From NCBI RefSeq assembly GCF_963921235.1, contig NC_086109.1, positions 24,118,001-24,182,000 of the forward strand: a stretch of 64,000 nucleotides of DNA, in the 5' to 3' direction. Under the pieces are notes generated by a model. It had not been told where the DNA came from. It searched no databases and saw nothing but the letters and a program-made list of their open reading frames with translations. Of this stretch, positions 38,680 to 51,214 are shown piece by piece. How positions within the stretch are numbered: the stretch's first letter is position 1; every line of letters begins with the position of its first letter. The stretch comes from Mobula hypostoma (lineage: Eukaryota). Position numbers and translations under genes: made by a program.

Positions 38680-40269
38680 AAATTTAAAATAAACTCATCT
38701 GTGGCATTGCTGGCGATTAATGTCACTGGCACTTTCTGCGTACCACTTCCCAGTCTAACACTGGAAAGATCATGAACTAAAATACTGAGATCTATAAGGG
38801 GGATTTGGACAGCTGATTAAAAGCTGAGTCAGAATATTCTGAAGAAAAAGGAGTGAGAGGTAGAGAGAATTGGGAGAGAATATCATGCAGCAGAATGCAC
38901 ATCCACCAGTATTGACGTCGGAAGACTGAGGAATCACAAGAACAGGATAGGAGTCTTTAATATATTAAAGGCACCACTTAAGTGCAAGTTGTTGTCATTG
39001 TTGGAATATTTAATTGGCAGAAGTTCATTTCAGTACTGAGGTCATTGAGTCGCAGCATCATACGCTTGGCCTATTGTTGATCACTTTGCCACTCTCTGTG
39101 AATCCCATTTGCTCAGATTGGGTCTGTACTTTATTCAAGATGGTGGAGCTTTCAGATGCAGTGACCATTTCATTTCTGGCCGTAACCATCTTTGCCTTGC
39201 TCATGAAGCACCAATTTTAACGCCTCTTAAACAAAGTGATTGTATTAGATTCTATCTCTTCTGTAACCTTGTGATCTTAGACAACGTTCCTCACCACCAC
39301 GCTTTTTGCCACCTGCAAGCTTACTAATCATACATTTCAATCCTATTTGTTAACTTATATCATAAACAACAAAGGTACCAACATTGATATCTGTAGCCCA
39401 TTTTTATGAGATGAGTGGTTTGAACATGAACTGTGTAATCTGAATGGGGTGTTAGTTAATTCATGGGAAATGCTTCTCCCCAGTTATTCAAGTAAAATAA
39501 ATGGGAATTGAACCATATTAGATTGCTTGCGAGAATGTGGCAAGTGGGCATGTGGCCAATTTGCACGGTAAATTGACTAGGCCTCCTATGCGCAGAGGGC
39601 ACCCTCTTATGGCTCGGGCCATTGACTGCAGGGTGGGCCCAGATCATCACCCCCACTGTACATTGCCCAACATGTACTGTATCTAACATAACTCAGTAAA
39701 AACATTTAGTCATATTACTCCATTGTCCTATTGCTCTGCGCGCAAGTAACAAGAATGAAAACAGTCTTTAAGCACAGATGACTAGATTTCATACAATGTC
39801 TTCCTGTCCTCCGCACTCATACTCCTCAATGAAGGTCTAACCTTTTAATGACGGGACATGATTCTGAAATTAAATTTAATCAAACTCACCAAAGCCTGTA
39901 CCCTCAGCTAACACACAACTCTACACAGAACAAGGATAGGATAAGACGCACCCAGGAACACTCATGAAGAGGGGTCTGAAGTACACCAGTACTAATCAGG
40001 GAATGTTGTTAGATTCATAAATTTGCTTAAAATGTAGTCCATTTCAGAAGTTCCAAGAGTTGGGAACTATCAATGAGAGGAAGAGGAGAATCTATGCGGG
40101 ATTCTGTCACTATTCAAGGAGCAAGTGTAAGGTAGCTAGTGAATAATGGAAAAATAGTCTGCGCTGAATATCTCGTCTGCAGATGGGATAATGGTGTTCT
40201 GCACTTTTACTAACTTGCTGTCCCTTTTAGTAGGAGACATTTTGCAGAAGCGTCTTAACCTCCTTATTT

Positions 40270-40740
40270 TCTAGCATGTCAGTATCCACCACCAGACCAA
40301 CATCCTCAACATCAAGTCCCTAATTACAACTCGTTTGCTTCAATGGGTGGGCCACATCGTTTGCATGCCCATCACTGGACATTCCATTCTGAGTGCTGTC
40401 GTGGCAAGGGCAACATTTTGGAAGCGTCCGTCTCAGGGTGATGGTCACTTCTTGTTTAATGCTATATCTCCTTTACAGAGTGGAATATCCCTTCTGACTC
40501 ATGGGAACTGCTGGCCTATGATTGATCCACGTAGAGAAGGAGCATCCAGGGTGGAAAGGAAAAGCTTCTTACATTGGGAGTGCAGAGAATCCCCCTGAAA
40601 ACAGCAGAAGCAGAACGCCCCATTCCGTACTACGTACCTCCCTACCCCATCTGTGGTAGAGGTAACACCTCCAACACACACCTCGTCAACCACTTCAGAA
40701 CTTGCAGACTAGAATGGAAGCAAGTTGTCTCTGACCTGAG
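40270..40740 (+). mobile_element. Degenerate RTE LINE 3' region
   Basis: LQWVGHIVCMP resembles the RTE RT C-terminal LRWAGHxxRMP motif; Cys/His remnant near 40640-40700. Confidence 0.55.
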
Positions 40741-41499
40741 TGACCATTTACAAAGTAATAAGGCAGGATATTTAGATGCAACTAGAAATGATGTAAGTTC
40801 TCTCAAAATTGATTTGCAATTATTTTTTGCTAAATTAATTTCCATAATTAATTTGAGTTTTTGAGCCGGTATGGTGTGCAGTGTAATGGAATTCAGTAAT
40901 TTCTTCATGTTTCTTTCTATTAGAAGGTATTTCTTGATATATGTAAGTGTGTCAGCTTGGTGAACTTTTCGTAAAATGAGCAAAATGTGTTCTTTACAAA
41001 ATGACACACACAAAATGCTGGAACTGAACTCAGCAATTCCTCTAGCATTTTGTGTGTGTTGCTTGGATTTCCATCATCTGCAGATTTTCTCTTGTTTGTC
41101 ATTACAAAAGAAGTATTTTTATTCAATGTCTGCTCCAACAACTAATTGAAATTTATTGAAAATAATTTTGGAAAATTAGACTGAATCATTTATTGGTATA
41201 CTCTAATTAGTAAATGAAATACTTCTTTAAAATGTAAAATCTATAAAAGCTGTATTAAAAAAACAAAAGCAAATTGAAATGCTATAGCGGTCAGAAACTC
41301 CATCACGTTTTCATTAAATTCATCTATATCAAGTGCGGCCACTTTACCACAAGGCTTAGTCTGTAATTTTAGCTCCTTCTCAAAACATAAAACCTCTGAA
41401 ATGGAGAACATAACTATTGATGTTCCAAATCAGTTTATAACACAGATGAGGAAAATGGCACACTACAAACTAATGGCTTAATACATACTTGGGGCCATG

Positions 41500-42135
41500 T
41501 TTAGGAGGTACACCTGCTTATTAACGCAAATATCTAATCAGGCAATCATATGGCAGCAACTCAATTCATAAAAGCATGCAGACATGGTCAAGAGGTTCAG
41601 TTGTTGTTTAGACCAAACATCAGACTGGGGAAGAAATGTGATCTAAGTGACTTTGACCATGGAATGATTGTTGGTGTCAGACAGATAGTTTGAGTATTTT
41701 AGAAACTCCTGGGATTTTCACACAAAACAGTCTCTGGAATTTACAGAGAGTAGCGCCAAAAAAACAAACAAAAAAATAAAATCCAGTCGGTGGCAGTTTT
41801 GTGGGCGTAAATGCCTTGTTGATGAGGAAATACAGAGGAGAATAGCCATACTGGTTTAAGCTTACAGAAAGGCAACTATAACTCAAATAATCATGTGTTA
41901 CAACAGTGGTGTGCAGAAGAGCATCTCTGAACCCACAACACATCGAACCTTGAAATGTTTGATTTACAGCAGAAGACCACGAATGTAACCTCCCATACCA
42001 AATAGTGGCAACTGAGAGTATTTTTGCCCTGGAGACAGGAAGCTGTATTGCTCTTCAAATAGCATTAGGGTACTCATGGAGAACCCATCAGTAAACCACA
42101 AACAGGAGGTACATAATAAAGTGGTCACTGAGTGT
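41500..42135 (+). mobile_element. Tc1/mariner DNA transposon relic (transposase N-terminus plus right TIR)
   Basis: GKKCDLSDFDHGMIVG..; QFCGRKCLVDE; QITxCYNSGVQKSISE. TIR-like taataaagtggtcactgagtgt ~42114-42135. An isolated copy of this TIR lies at ~28603-28627. Confidence 0.85.
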
Positions 42136-43385
42136 GGAATCGTACAGTGTGGAAGCAGGCGTTTCAGCTATCAAGTCCAAGCTGGCCTTCAACGCCCATT
42201 TCAACGAATCTCATTTTCTCCTATTCCATTATTCTCCTCTGCACTAGGCACAACTTACAGTAGCCAACTAACTGAACAACCTGGATGTCTTTGGCTTGTG
42301 GGAGGAAACCCACACAGCCACCGGGCAAACTCTAAGCAGACAGCACCTGAGGTCAGGACTGAAATCAGGTCCTGGGAGCTGTGAAACAACAGCCCGACTT
42401 GCTGCAACTCTCTGTTGCCCTACTCTGTCATCTCCTGTTGGTAATGCTCAATGTTCTCCTGTGGAAAGTAGAAACGGATATATTGATAAGGTAATTCTTA
42501 ACAACCGAGGATTTCTTTGGAAGTGCATTTAGTAAACAAATAGGTTCACCTTACATTGTCTAATTTCCATTAACGAAGAGAAGATATTGATTAGAATACC
42601 TCCGAGTGAAATTGAGTACGGCTGTTTTCTGCCAATCTCCAGTATTTTATTTCTGCTACTTATTCCTCAGAGACCTATGAGTCACAGTCACATTCTTAAG
42701 AATGCCTATAGTAAGCTAATTGAATTCAAGATTTGAGAAGTGTGTGTGTGATGTTGAACTGCATGGTACAACTCCGGGGCAAGGACCTAATTTTCCAGAG
42801 AACAAGATTCATGCACACAGTATTTGACATGTTTCACTCACACATATACTTAGCATTAAATTCCATTCAGAAATCTTTACTTCAATTCTATTTTCTTCAT
42901 TCATGTGATTCAGCATTAACTCCTGGGCCATGCAAAGAATACAGAGCAAAGATAGTACCTGAATCATTGAAGTTTCATTAAATTGAAATGTTATTTGTGT
43001 TTCTCTCTATAAAGACGCTGTCTGACAGCTGAGTATTTCTGGCATCTATAAACCTTGATTTACTTTTTTCTCTCTTTCAGTACCATGTTGCTTATGCCTG
43101 TCGCAGGGTCAGTCTACAGTAATTAGTGGGTTAAAGGAAATTATTTTCACTTCCACCTGTAAATCTATTGTCTATATGTGTGCCATTAGCGGCTTCCTGA
43201 ATAGTAAGCTATAGTTAAAAGGAAATGATTTACTCTAATTTGGTACCCCCCCCCACTCTTGTGTTGCTCAAAATTGGCACCTGAATGCACCCAACTCCTA
43301 TGTCCGATAGACTCCTGATGTGGTCTCAGCTCGTGTGTGTTGCACTGATCAGATCTGTTTACCGTTTATGTTGTATTGTACGGAC

Positions 43386-43475
43386 CTGGACTGTTTGCTG
43401 CTGCTTCTCATTCGTAGTCGGAGAGTTGAGGCCCGTTGCCTGATGAAGTAAAAGCTGTCTCGCTGCTTGAAGGGC
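43386..43475 (-). CDS. FOXP4: Internal 90-nt phase-0 coding exon of a FOXP-subfamily forkhead transcription factor, most like FOXP4 (N-terminal region before the Q-rich domain)
   Basis: Translates to ALQAARQLLLHQATGLNSPTTNEKQQQTVQ, matching the conserved FOXP exon ALQ(A/V)ARQ(L/F)LL..GL.SP..KQ..(L/V)Q that precedes VPVSVAMM. Strong acceptor (ttttctcatttctcttctttcactgcag|GCC) and donor CAG|gtccgt. QATGLNSP and the terminal VQ resemble FOXP4 more than FOXP1/2 (GLKSPK..LQ). Family call is very secure; paralogue call is less so. Confidence 0.88.
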
Positions 43476-43602
43476 CTGCAGTGAAAGAAGAGAAATGAGA
43501 AAAAAAAATCTGTTGATCCGCAACTTTTCATTCCGCAGCCCTAGAAAGATTGGGACGCTCAAGTTATAATCAGGAGATTGCAGTCAACACTTCTGCAGGC
43601 AT

Positions 43603-43696
43603 TCTGACCAGTCACATCTGTGTCTGACCATTCACATCTGGCATCTCTGATCATTCACATCTGCATCTGGCCATCCACATCTGGCAAATATGACCA
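43603..43696 (+). repeat. ~20-bp-unit minisatellite (ctgaccattcacatctg) with five CATCTG E-boxes
   Basis: CATCTG at 43615, 43635, 43658, 43664 and 43678. Confidence 0.8.
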
Positions 43697-44617
43697 CTGT
43701 ACTGCTGTTTCTGGAATGCTGCCACTTCACAGTAGCACAGGAAAAGTATCACAAAATGCAACTCACACTTTTTTATTAAGATACGATCTATGATAATATT
43801 TGGCAAATTAGGCATCCAACTCAGCAGCCAGCGCTGACTGCCACAACATAATGAATTTTGCCGGAATGCCTCAGTTTTGTAGTATGTTATCAAAAATAGA
43901 AACAAATGACTTCAGGTAGAACCCTTCGTCTCCCACTGTGGGCAGAATATGATACCCCCGGGTTCCAAACTTCTTTAGAGTTGCTGAGACCAGCTCTGGA
44001 CATGGGTGACAAGAAGTTATCTTTGGAAGGGACAGTGAGAAAAATCCACCAGTGATCCATCCCTACTTTTGTAGGAAACCAATATCTAACACTCAAAGAA
44101 CCATTAAATTAATATCCGTATGCCAATAACAACAACTTGGACTTCAATAGTTCCTTTAATGCACTGAAAGAAAAACAGCCTTAAGAAAGTTAATGCTTGG
44201 GGTTTAATCAGACAGAACGGACATCCTGCCTGAGGAGATGGTAGTAGGAGACATTTGTACAGATCTAGTGTGAAAGGTAGATCCTAAATAGGTAAAAGGA
44301 TGTGAAGAGAAAGGGGAATTCCTGAATAAACTAGAAATAGTTATCTGGAGCAAACCTGAGAAGAATAAATCAAATTTTTGAGGAAATGAAACTGATGGTA
44401 ATAAAAAAGTATGGGTCAGTGCCAAGTTGGTGATAATTCCTGTTCCAGGTGAGGTTAATTTAATGTAACAGCAACAATTTTCCAAGTATGTGGCACCTTT
44501 GACATAGCAGCAACATCCCAAGTTGTTTCAGTTTATAAACAACTTACACCAAGTCAATTAAGGGTACATTAGGACTATTGACCAATAAGTGAAATTTCAG
44601 GAGTGGGACTTAATCAA

Positions 44618-44905
44618 TTAAAAAAATATATTATTGAGATACAGTGCAGAACAGACCTTTCCAGCCCAACAAACTGCACCACCTAGCATCTCACCTACTT
44701 AGCCCTAGCCTAACCACAGGACAATTCACAATGACTAATTGACCTACCAATTGCTCAATCTTTGGACCGTGGGAAGAAACTGAAACACATAGAGAAAACC
44801 CAAATGGTCACAGGGAGACTGCTCCTTACAGGCAGCAGTGGGAAGTGAACCCAGGACACTAGTTCTGTAAAGTGTTGTGCTAACCACTATACTACCATGG
44901 CACCC
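44618..44905 (-). mobile_element. tRNA-derived V-SINE
   Basis: Reverse complement of the 2411/15213 family. Similar minus copies lie at ~9660-9910 and ~42280-42420. Confidence 0.8.
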
Positions 44906-45697
44906 TAAAGGGGGACAGACAGATAGTGAAATACATGGGAATGGAATTCTAAGCTTAGGACCTTTACAGCTGAAGGAGATTATTAGGACTGTATTAGAGA
45001 AGAGCAAATCTCTTGTCTGAGGCTAATTACACACATGAAAAGGGCTAAGGCCATGAAAAGATTCAAACCACACAAACATTTTTAAATCAAGGTATGGCTT
45101 AAACAGGAGCCAATCCGGGTCATCAGGGACAGAGGTAATCAGTGAAAAAGACTCAGCGCAAGTTCAGATACAGCTGGTAGGTTATTTCTTTGCCTGGCTC
45201 TACTTGCATTATCTTCTCCATCAGGCTCAGATAAAAGAGTCTTGAAGAAAACATGTCAGATTAAAGAGCTGTCAGGTCAGTCAGAGTATGACAAAGACAG
45301 CAATTCATTTTGAAATCAATTACAATCTGATGGTGCTTCAATATAGTGGGGCTTGCCACATTCTACATACAACTTGAAACATAACTTGAAAATTGTTACT
45401 TGTTGTATTGGCCTGCTTATGTCACAGCATTCAAAGATTCCGTTGGCCTTTTTCTAAGTAGGTTTGGAGGTTCCAAGGTGATTGGGATATCAAGTTTTGC
45501 ACACTAGAGCTATTGGTCGTTGGAGTACAGATAGAATACAGCTTTCTACCATGTTACAGGCACATTCTAGAGGATTAGACCAATATAGTAAGGATTGATA
45601 AACGATGGTGATACCCTGGTGATGTCATAGAGGACGATACACAGTCCTGGTTCCAATTTATGAATAGATGCAAAGGTAGTGTAGAGGATAGAAACTA

Positions 45698-46875
45698 GAG
45701 TCATAGAGAAGTATAGCACAGAAAAAGGCAGTTCTGCCCATCTAGTCCATTTAAACTCCCATTGACCAGCACAGTGCCATAGCCCTCCATACCTCTACCA
45801 TCCGTATAACCATATAAACTTCTCTTACATGTTGAAATCGAGCTCTCATGCACCATTAATGTCACATTCTCATGACTCTCTGAGTGAAGAAGTTTCTCCT
45901 CAAGTTCCCCTTAGCCATTTCACCTTTCACCCTTAACCCGTGGCCTCTGGCTGTAGTTCCACCCAACCTCAGTGGAAAAAGCCTGCTTGCATTTACCCTG
46001 TCTATACTCCTCATAATTCTGTATACCTTTATCAAATTTTCTCTCAAACTTCTAAGTTCTAAAGAATACTGTCATAACCTATTCAATCTTTCCTTATAAC
46101 TCAGGTCCTCCAGACCCAGCAAAATCTTTGCAAATTTTCTCTGTACTCCTTCAACCTTGTTTACATCTTTCCCGTACGTAGGTGACAAAACTACATGCAA
46201 TACTCCAAATTAGGCCTCACCAACGCCCTGTACAAATTCAACATAGCATATCATCTCCTGTACTCAATACATTGATTTATGAAGGCCAGTGTGCCGAAAG
46301 CTTTCTTTACAATCCTATCTACCTGTGAGGCCACTTTCAACAAATGATGGACCTGTATCCCCAGAATCTACCATACTCTTCAGTGCCCTACCATTCACTG
46401 TGTAAGACCTACCTTGGTTGGTCCTACCAAAGTGCAAAACATCACACTTGTCTGCATTACATTCCATCTGCCATTTTTCCAGCTGATGCAGATCTCTATG
46501 CAAGCCATGATAGCCTTCCTCACTGTCCACTACACGCCCAATCTTGGTGACATCTTCAAATTTGCTGATCCAGTTAACTACATTATCATCCAGATCACTG
46601 ATATAGATGACAAACAACAAAGGATCCAGCACCAATCCCTGTGGCAGACCAGTAGTCACAGGCCTCCAGTCAGAGAGACAGTCATATACTACCACTCTCT
46701 GGCTTCTCTCACAAAGCCAATGTCTAACCCAATGTACTATCTCAACCTGAATACTGAGCGACTGAACCATCTTGACCAGTCTCCCATGCGGTGCCATGTC
46801 AAATGCCTTGCTAAAGTCCATGTAGACAACATCCACCTCCTTGCCTTCATCCACTTTCCCTTCATCCACTTTCCC
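45698..46875 (-). mobile_element. CR1 LINE RT fragment plus 3' end
   Basis: ORF 46315-46869 (VDVVYMDFSKAFD..GLPQGLVLDPLLFVIYISDLD..WQMECNADKC) and ORF 45862-46047. Confidence 0.92.
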
Positions 46876-47940
46876 GGTAACTTTCCTAGATTTGCAAAAC
46901 CAGTTCTAACAATTAGAAAGGCTTACCAGGTTGGGATAATTTTCTTGAGAAAAGAGATAGTCAAAGGACAATCAATTAAGGACCTTTAAAGATATGTAAG
47001 TAGAGATGATAATTCCATGTGTAGGAGTTCAAATCTAGAGATCATAAATGCAAGGTAGTAACAAGCAAGGAGAAGTTGAAGCAAAGAACACAGATGCTTT
47101 GAAGAGAAAGTTGAATAATTACTAGTAAAAAACGAAGATTGTTTGAGATAATGTGGGAGGACACTATTGTGAAGCTTACTGAATAGAACTAACCAGTTCT
47201 GCCTCTTATTTGCTTTTGTGCTTAAAGTTTCATGTAGCTTTAGTGGAAGATTCAGACCCGTAAGTAGACTTATGCATGTAAGTCAAAGCCCGCCCCACAT
47301 CACTGGACCCCCTTCAGCATCGTTCCAGAGATTCACCTCATCCATTAGCTTTAAAGAAAAGATTTGTGAAAGGAGGAGATAATTCCTGCAGTGGGCAGTG
47401 TGTAGAGTGAAAGCCAGTGGCACACTTAAAACTGCTTGCTCCGCCAGGATTTATCTGGAGGAATACTAGAGTGTGGGTCTGCTGCACGATGTACAAACAC
47501 AGCAGCATGACAACAGAGCATTTATCAGTAGCTACAATACTTGGCCTGTCAAATCACTCAGCCAGTTGGTAATGGCTACATGTTATAATCATTGTCAGTA
47601 AAAGCACCTTGATCTCAAATAAAGAATAAAGACTTGGACTAATTTGGTGTCTTTCATAAATTTCATACATCTCAAAGTCCTTTACAGCCAATGAAGGAGT
47701 TTAAAAATTTTAAAAACTTTGTAACATAGCCAGATGTCACATGTTCCCCGCAAACAGTAACACGAGAGATTCTGCAGGTAATGCAAATCCAGAGCAGGAC
47801 ATCACAAAATGTCCGAGGAACTCAGGAAATCAAACAGCATTTATGGAGGGAAATAAAGAGTCAATGTTTTTGGACTAAGATGTGGCCCGACTTGCAGAGT
47901 TCTTCCAGCATTTTGTGTGTGTCCCATGAACAGTAACACG

Positions 47941-48397
47941 TATCGGACCACAAAGCACTCCAGCGTGTGGTGAAAACTGCCCAGCGGATTATCGGCACCC
48001 AATTGCCCACCATTGAGAACATCTACCATAAACGCTGCCTGGGGAGGGCGAAAAGCATCATCAGGGATGCATCTCACCCTAACCACGGACTTTTTACTCT
48101 CCTCCCATCCAGTAGGCGCTACAGGAGCCTCCGCTCCCGCACCAGCAGGCACAGGAAGAGCTTCTTCCCTGAGCCTGTGACACTGCTGAACCTCTCATCA
48201 CAGCACTAAGCAGTATTGCATCCATATTGTACTGTCCCAGTACTTTCATATTTGTGTGCTGTAGCACTTTTTTTATTCGCAATTATTTTGTAAATAACAC
48301 TATTCTTTGCATTTCTGGTCAGATGCTAAATGCATTTCATTGGCTTTGTATCTGTACTCAGCACAATGACAATAAAGTTGAATCTAATCTAATCTAA
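47941..48397 (+). mobile_element. Rex1/Babar-type 3' end, young subfamily
   Basis: ORF 47967-48209 (VKTAQRIIG..IIRDASHPNHGLFTLLPSSRRYRSLRSRTSR); CpGs retained; (aatct)n tail. Confidence 0.85.
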
Positions 48398-51214
48398 TGA
48401 TTTAGTAACCAGATAATCGGTGGTTATGATGGGGAAAAAAATATTAGGAGTAGGATATCTGGTGAAGGTTCCTGGTCTTCCACAATGGATACCTATTGGA
48501 TCTTTCACCTTCATGTGAAGAGCAGATGAGACCTAGAGCCATCTTCTTTCTGCATTAAGGTCTCAGCAATCCAGTGTAATTTGGTGACATTCGTGGTTGT
48601 TGCTAAATTTGAGAAAACTTATTTGTTGATGCTGGATAAAAGTCATCAGAAGGTTCCACAGGAAATCTAATTGGCAGAATTGATGCAATTCATTAGAAGT
48701 ATGTGCAAAGTTTAACACAGTATAAGAATAAAATGTATTTGGTAAATGATGCTGAACCAATTAGCAGAAAGGCTGAGAGAGATCTGGATGTGATAGTTGG
48801 TTTCACACCTTCAGTTATTGTGGATTCATGATTAATAAGGGCAAAAAGGAAAGAGGGAAAACACTTGCATTCATGTAGCACCTTACATGGCCTGAGGTCA
48901 TTCCTCAGCACTTTACAGCCAATTAAGTAGCTTTGAATTGTAATGATGGAAAACAGCTGAGCTCGTACAGTAGCGTACTGATCTGCAGTTGCTAAACCAT
49001 AGTTGTGTTCTGATCAGGTTCAATTTAGAATACTGTGTTAACATTTTGTGACTGAAACACTGAGATAAAGTTCAACCCCCTGCGATACAAAGGGCCTGAC
49101 GCAGTGATGACGATCCCTACCATCGGGAAGGAGGTACAGAAACATCAGGACTAGGACTGTCGGACTGGGTAACAACTTCTTCTCTCAGACTGTGAAATTA
49201 ATGAATACCTTGCCCCTACTGAGGTCTCATCATGAGGATAGTGAATTGCTTATTGTTTACTGTTTATTATTTACCTGTGTTGGGCACTAAATGCATTTAA
49301 AATTTTTTTTTAAATTTGTGGTAGTATTTTGTTTTATGTGTTTTAGGTGATACCTGTATTGTGGGCGCACCATGGTCTGGAGGAATGTTGTTTTGCTTGG
49401 TTGTATGTATACACAGTCAGATGACGAAAAGCAAGCTTGAGTGAGTACCACAAGACTTATCTCAAGCCTTGTCTTATCTTTGCAAAATTACACATTGCTC
49501 AATGTTCTCTATGTTTTAAGATTATAAGGAGGCAACCCCATTTCAGAAAGAGTCTGTAACTTGGTGACTGCAGCAAGACAGACTTACCCCTGTAAATCAG
49601 AAACTCTTAAAAACCAGAGATGTGTGAATGTTTACAACATCAAAGACTTTCTCCCTGTCTCTCACAGGGTCCGTGAAGTCAGCAATAAAAGGCAAACCTT
49701 TAAAATGATTTGTTCAAATGTGGCTCCAAGAAGTAGATAATAAAAAAAAAGGGTTTGGGACACACTAACTGAAATAAAACTCCCAGCATTCTACCAAGCT
49801 CAAGTTTAATTGTCATTTGGCTATACATGAATACAGCCAAATGAAACAGTGTTACCTGGGGGCCAAGATGCATAACACAATATCAACAGTCATACAAAGC
49901 CAAGGGACACATAGCACAAATGCGACGGGAGTAGTCATACACACAAAACAAAAATCCAAATCCTTGAATCCATGAACGTTGCAGCAGTCCACAATCTTTT
50001 GAACATAAGATTGACAACCTGATGATCATAAGATTGATAATCTTATGGTCTCCCATCTTCCCACTCATTTTAAATTTCAATTTGTACTTTAATGGTCTCT
50101 GATTTATTCCATCTCTCTGCACTCACTCTTCCACCTCACCTCTTCTGTCTCTCTCAGTACAGTGGGTGAGCCCAGAACTTCCAGTACCATACAGATACAT
50201 CCATTCCCCATGCTCCAACAATGCTAACAGTTACCAGCACATGTGTTTTCTATCATACTCTGCCTAGTACCTAATCCACTCAAAACCCCAATCCCGAATG
50301 TCAAATCTCTAACCCAGCTTGAATCTAATCATTAATATCAGCTGAAATGGTTATGTTACAACATTAATTTAATTGTTAAATCTGAACCCTAAATATAACA
50401 CTCCTACTTTTTGCCTGAAGACTTAAAATTAACAGCTAATTAAGACCTGACAACTTTAATCGTAGAACCTGTCTATTGAATTTACCATAAACAACTGCTA
50501 GTCCTAAAATTGTAGTCTCCTGTAGCACTTACTCAATTGCTATTCCTAAAACTAAAATGTCATCAATTTGCAAACCTAATCATTAACACCATTTTATAAA
50601 TTTTTAACTTCCTAACCTTAATGCAGTCTTTTCTCCTATTGTTGACCCAAACTGTAAAGCACGAAGCCTAATTCTGACATCCTAGCCCTAACAACCAAAG
50701 TGCAGATCAGCCATGGGCATCTCAAAGGGCTCAAAGGCTACGTCCTGTTCTGTTTCCTCCATTCAGTGCCAGCCCAGAGTTTGGCAGTACTGGGTGCTGG
50801 AACATTGCCGAGACTGTGCTACTGCTGCTGCAAGAGCCAGCAACCACCCAAAGGAATTGTAATTACAGTGATCTTCAAGAGGCACAAGTGCTGCCAGTAG
50901 TTGAGGTGAAGTGAGCTGTTCAATGCCACCCATCATCAATTTTGTCCTGAGCTTGCAGCCCATTCATTCTGCCCAGCAATGTGGTTATTGGATTGCTTAC
51001 ACGTTTGTAACTCTGGGAAAAGCTTGCAAACTGGCAAATGGAATTCACCTGCAGAGATCTAAAATATTATTCCTCAAAAATGAGATATATATTCTCTTAC
51101 TTCATAATTGATGTGTATAAATTACTTGGAATATACAAATATATATTTTTGGCCTTTCCTGTTTGCTTACTCAGCTGGCAAGGACAAATTTCAAAGAATT
51201 TATTCTGTTCAAAC

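Larger units (their letters stand above)
1..43385 (-). other. Large intron downstream of the FOXP exon (>43 kb, continues past the window start)
   Basis: The expected next exon (VPVSVAMM...) was not found between 1 and 43385 on the minus strand. FOXP genes have very large introns. Confidence 0.65.

Noticed and set aside
43359-43562. 67-aa ORF as a stand-alone gene
   Set aside because: Only the central 30 codons are FOXP-like; the rest is splice-flanking intron.
50260-50700. Telomere-like ctaacc/aaccct-rich stretch
   Set aside because: Too degenerate, with no run of perfect TTAGGG units; treated as a decayed simple repeat.
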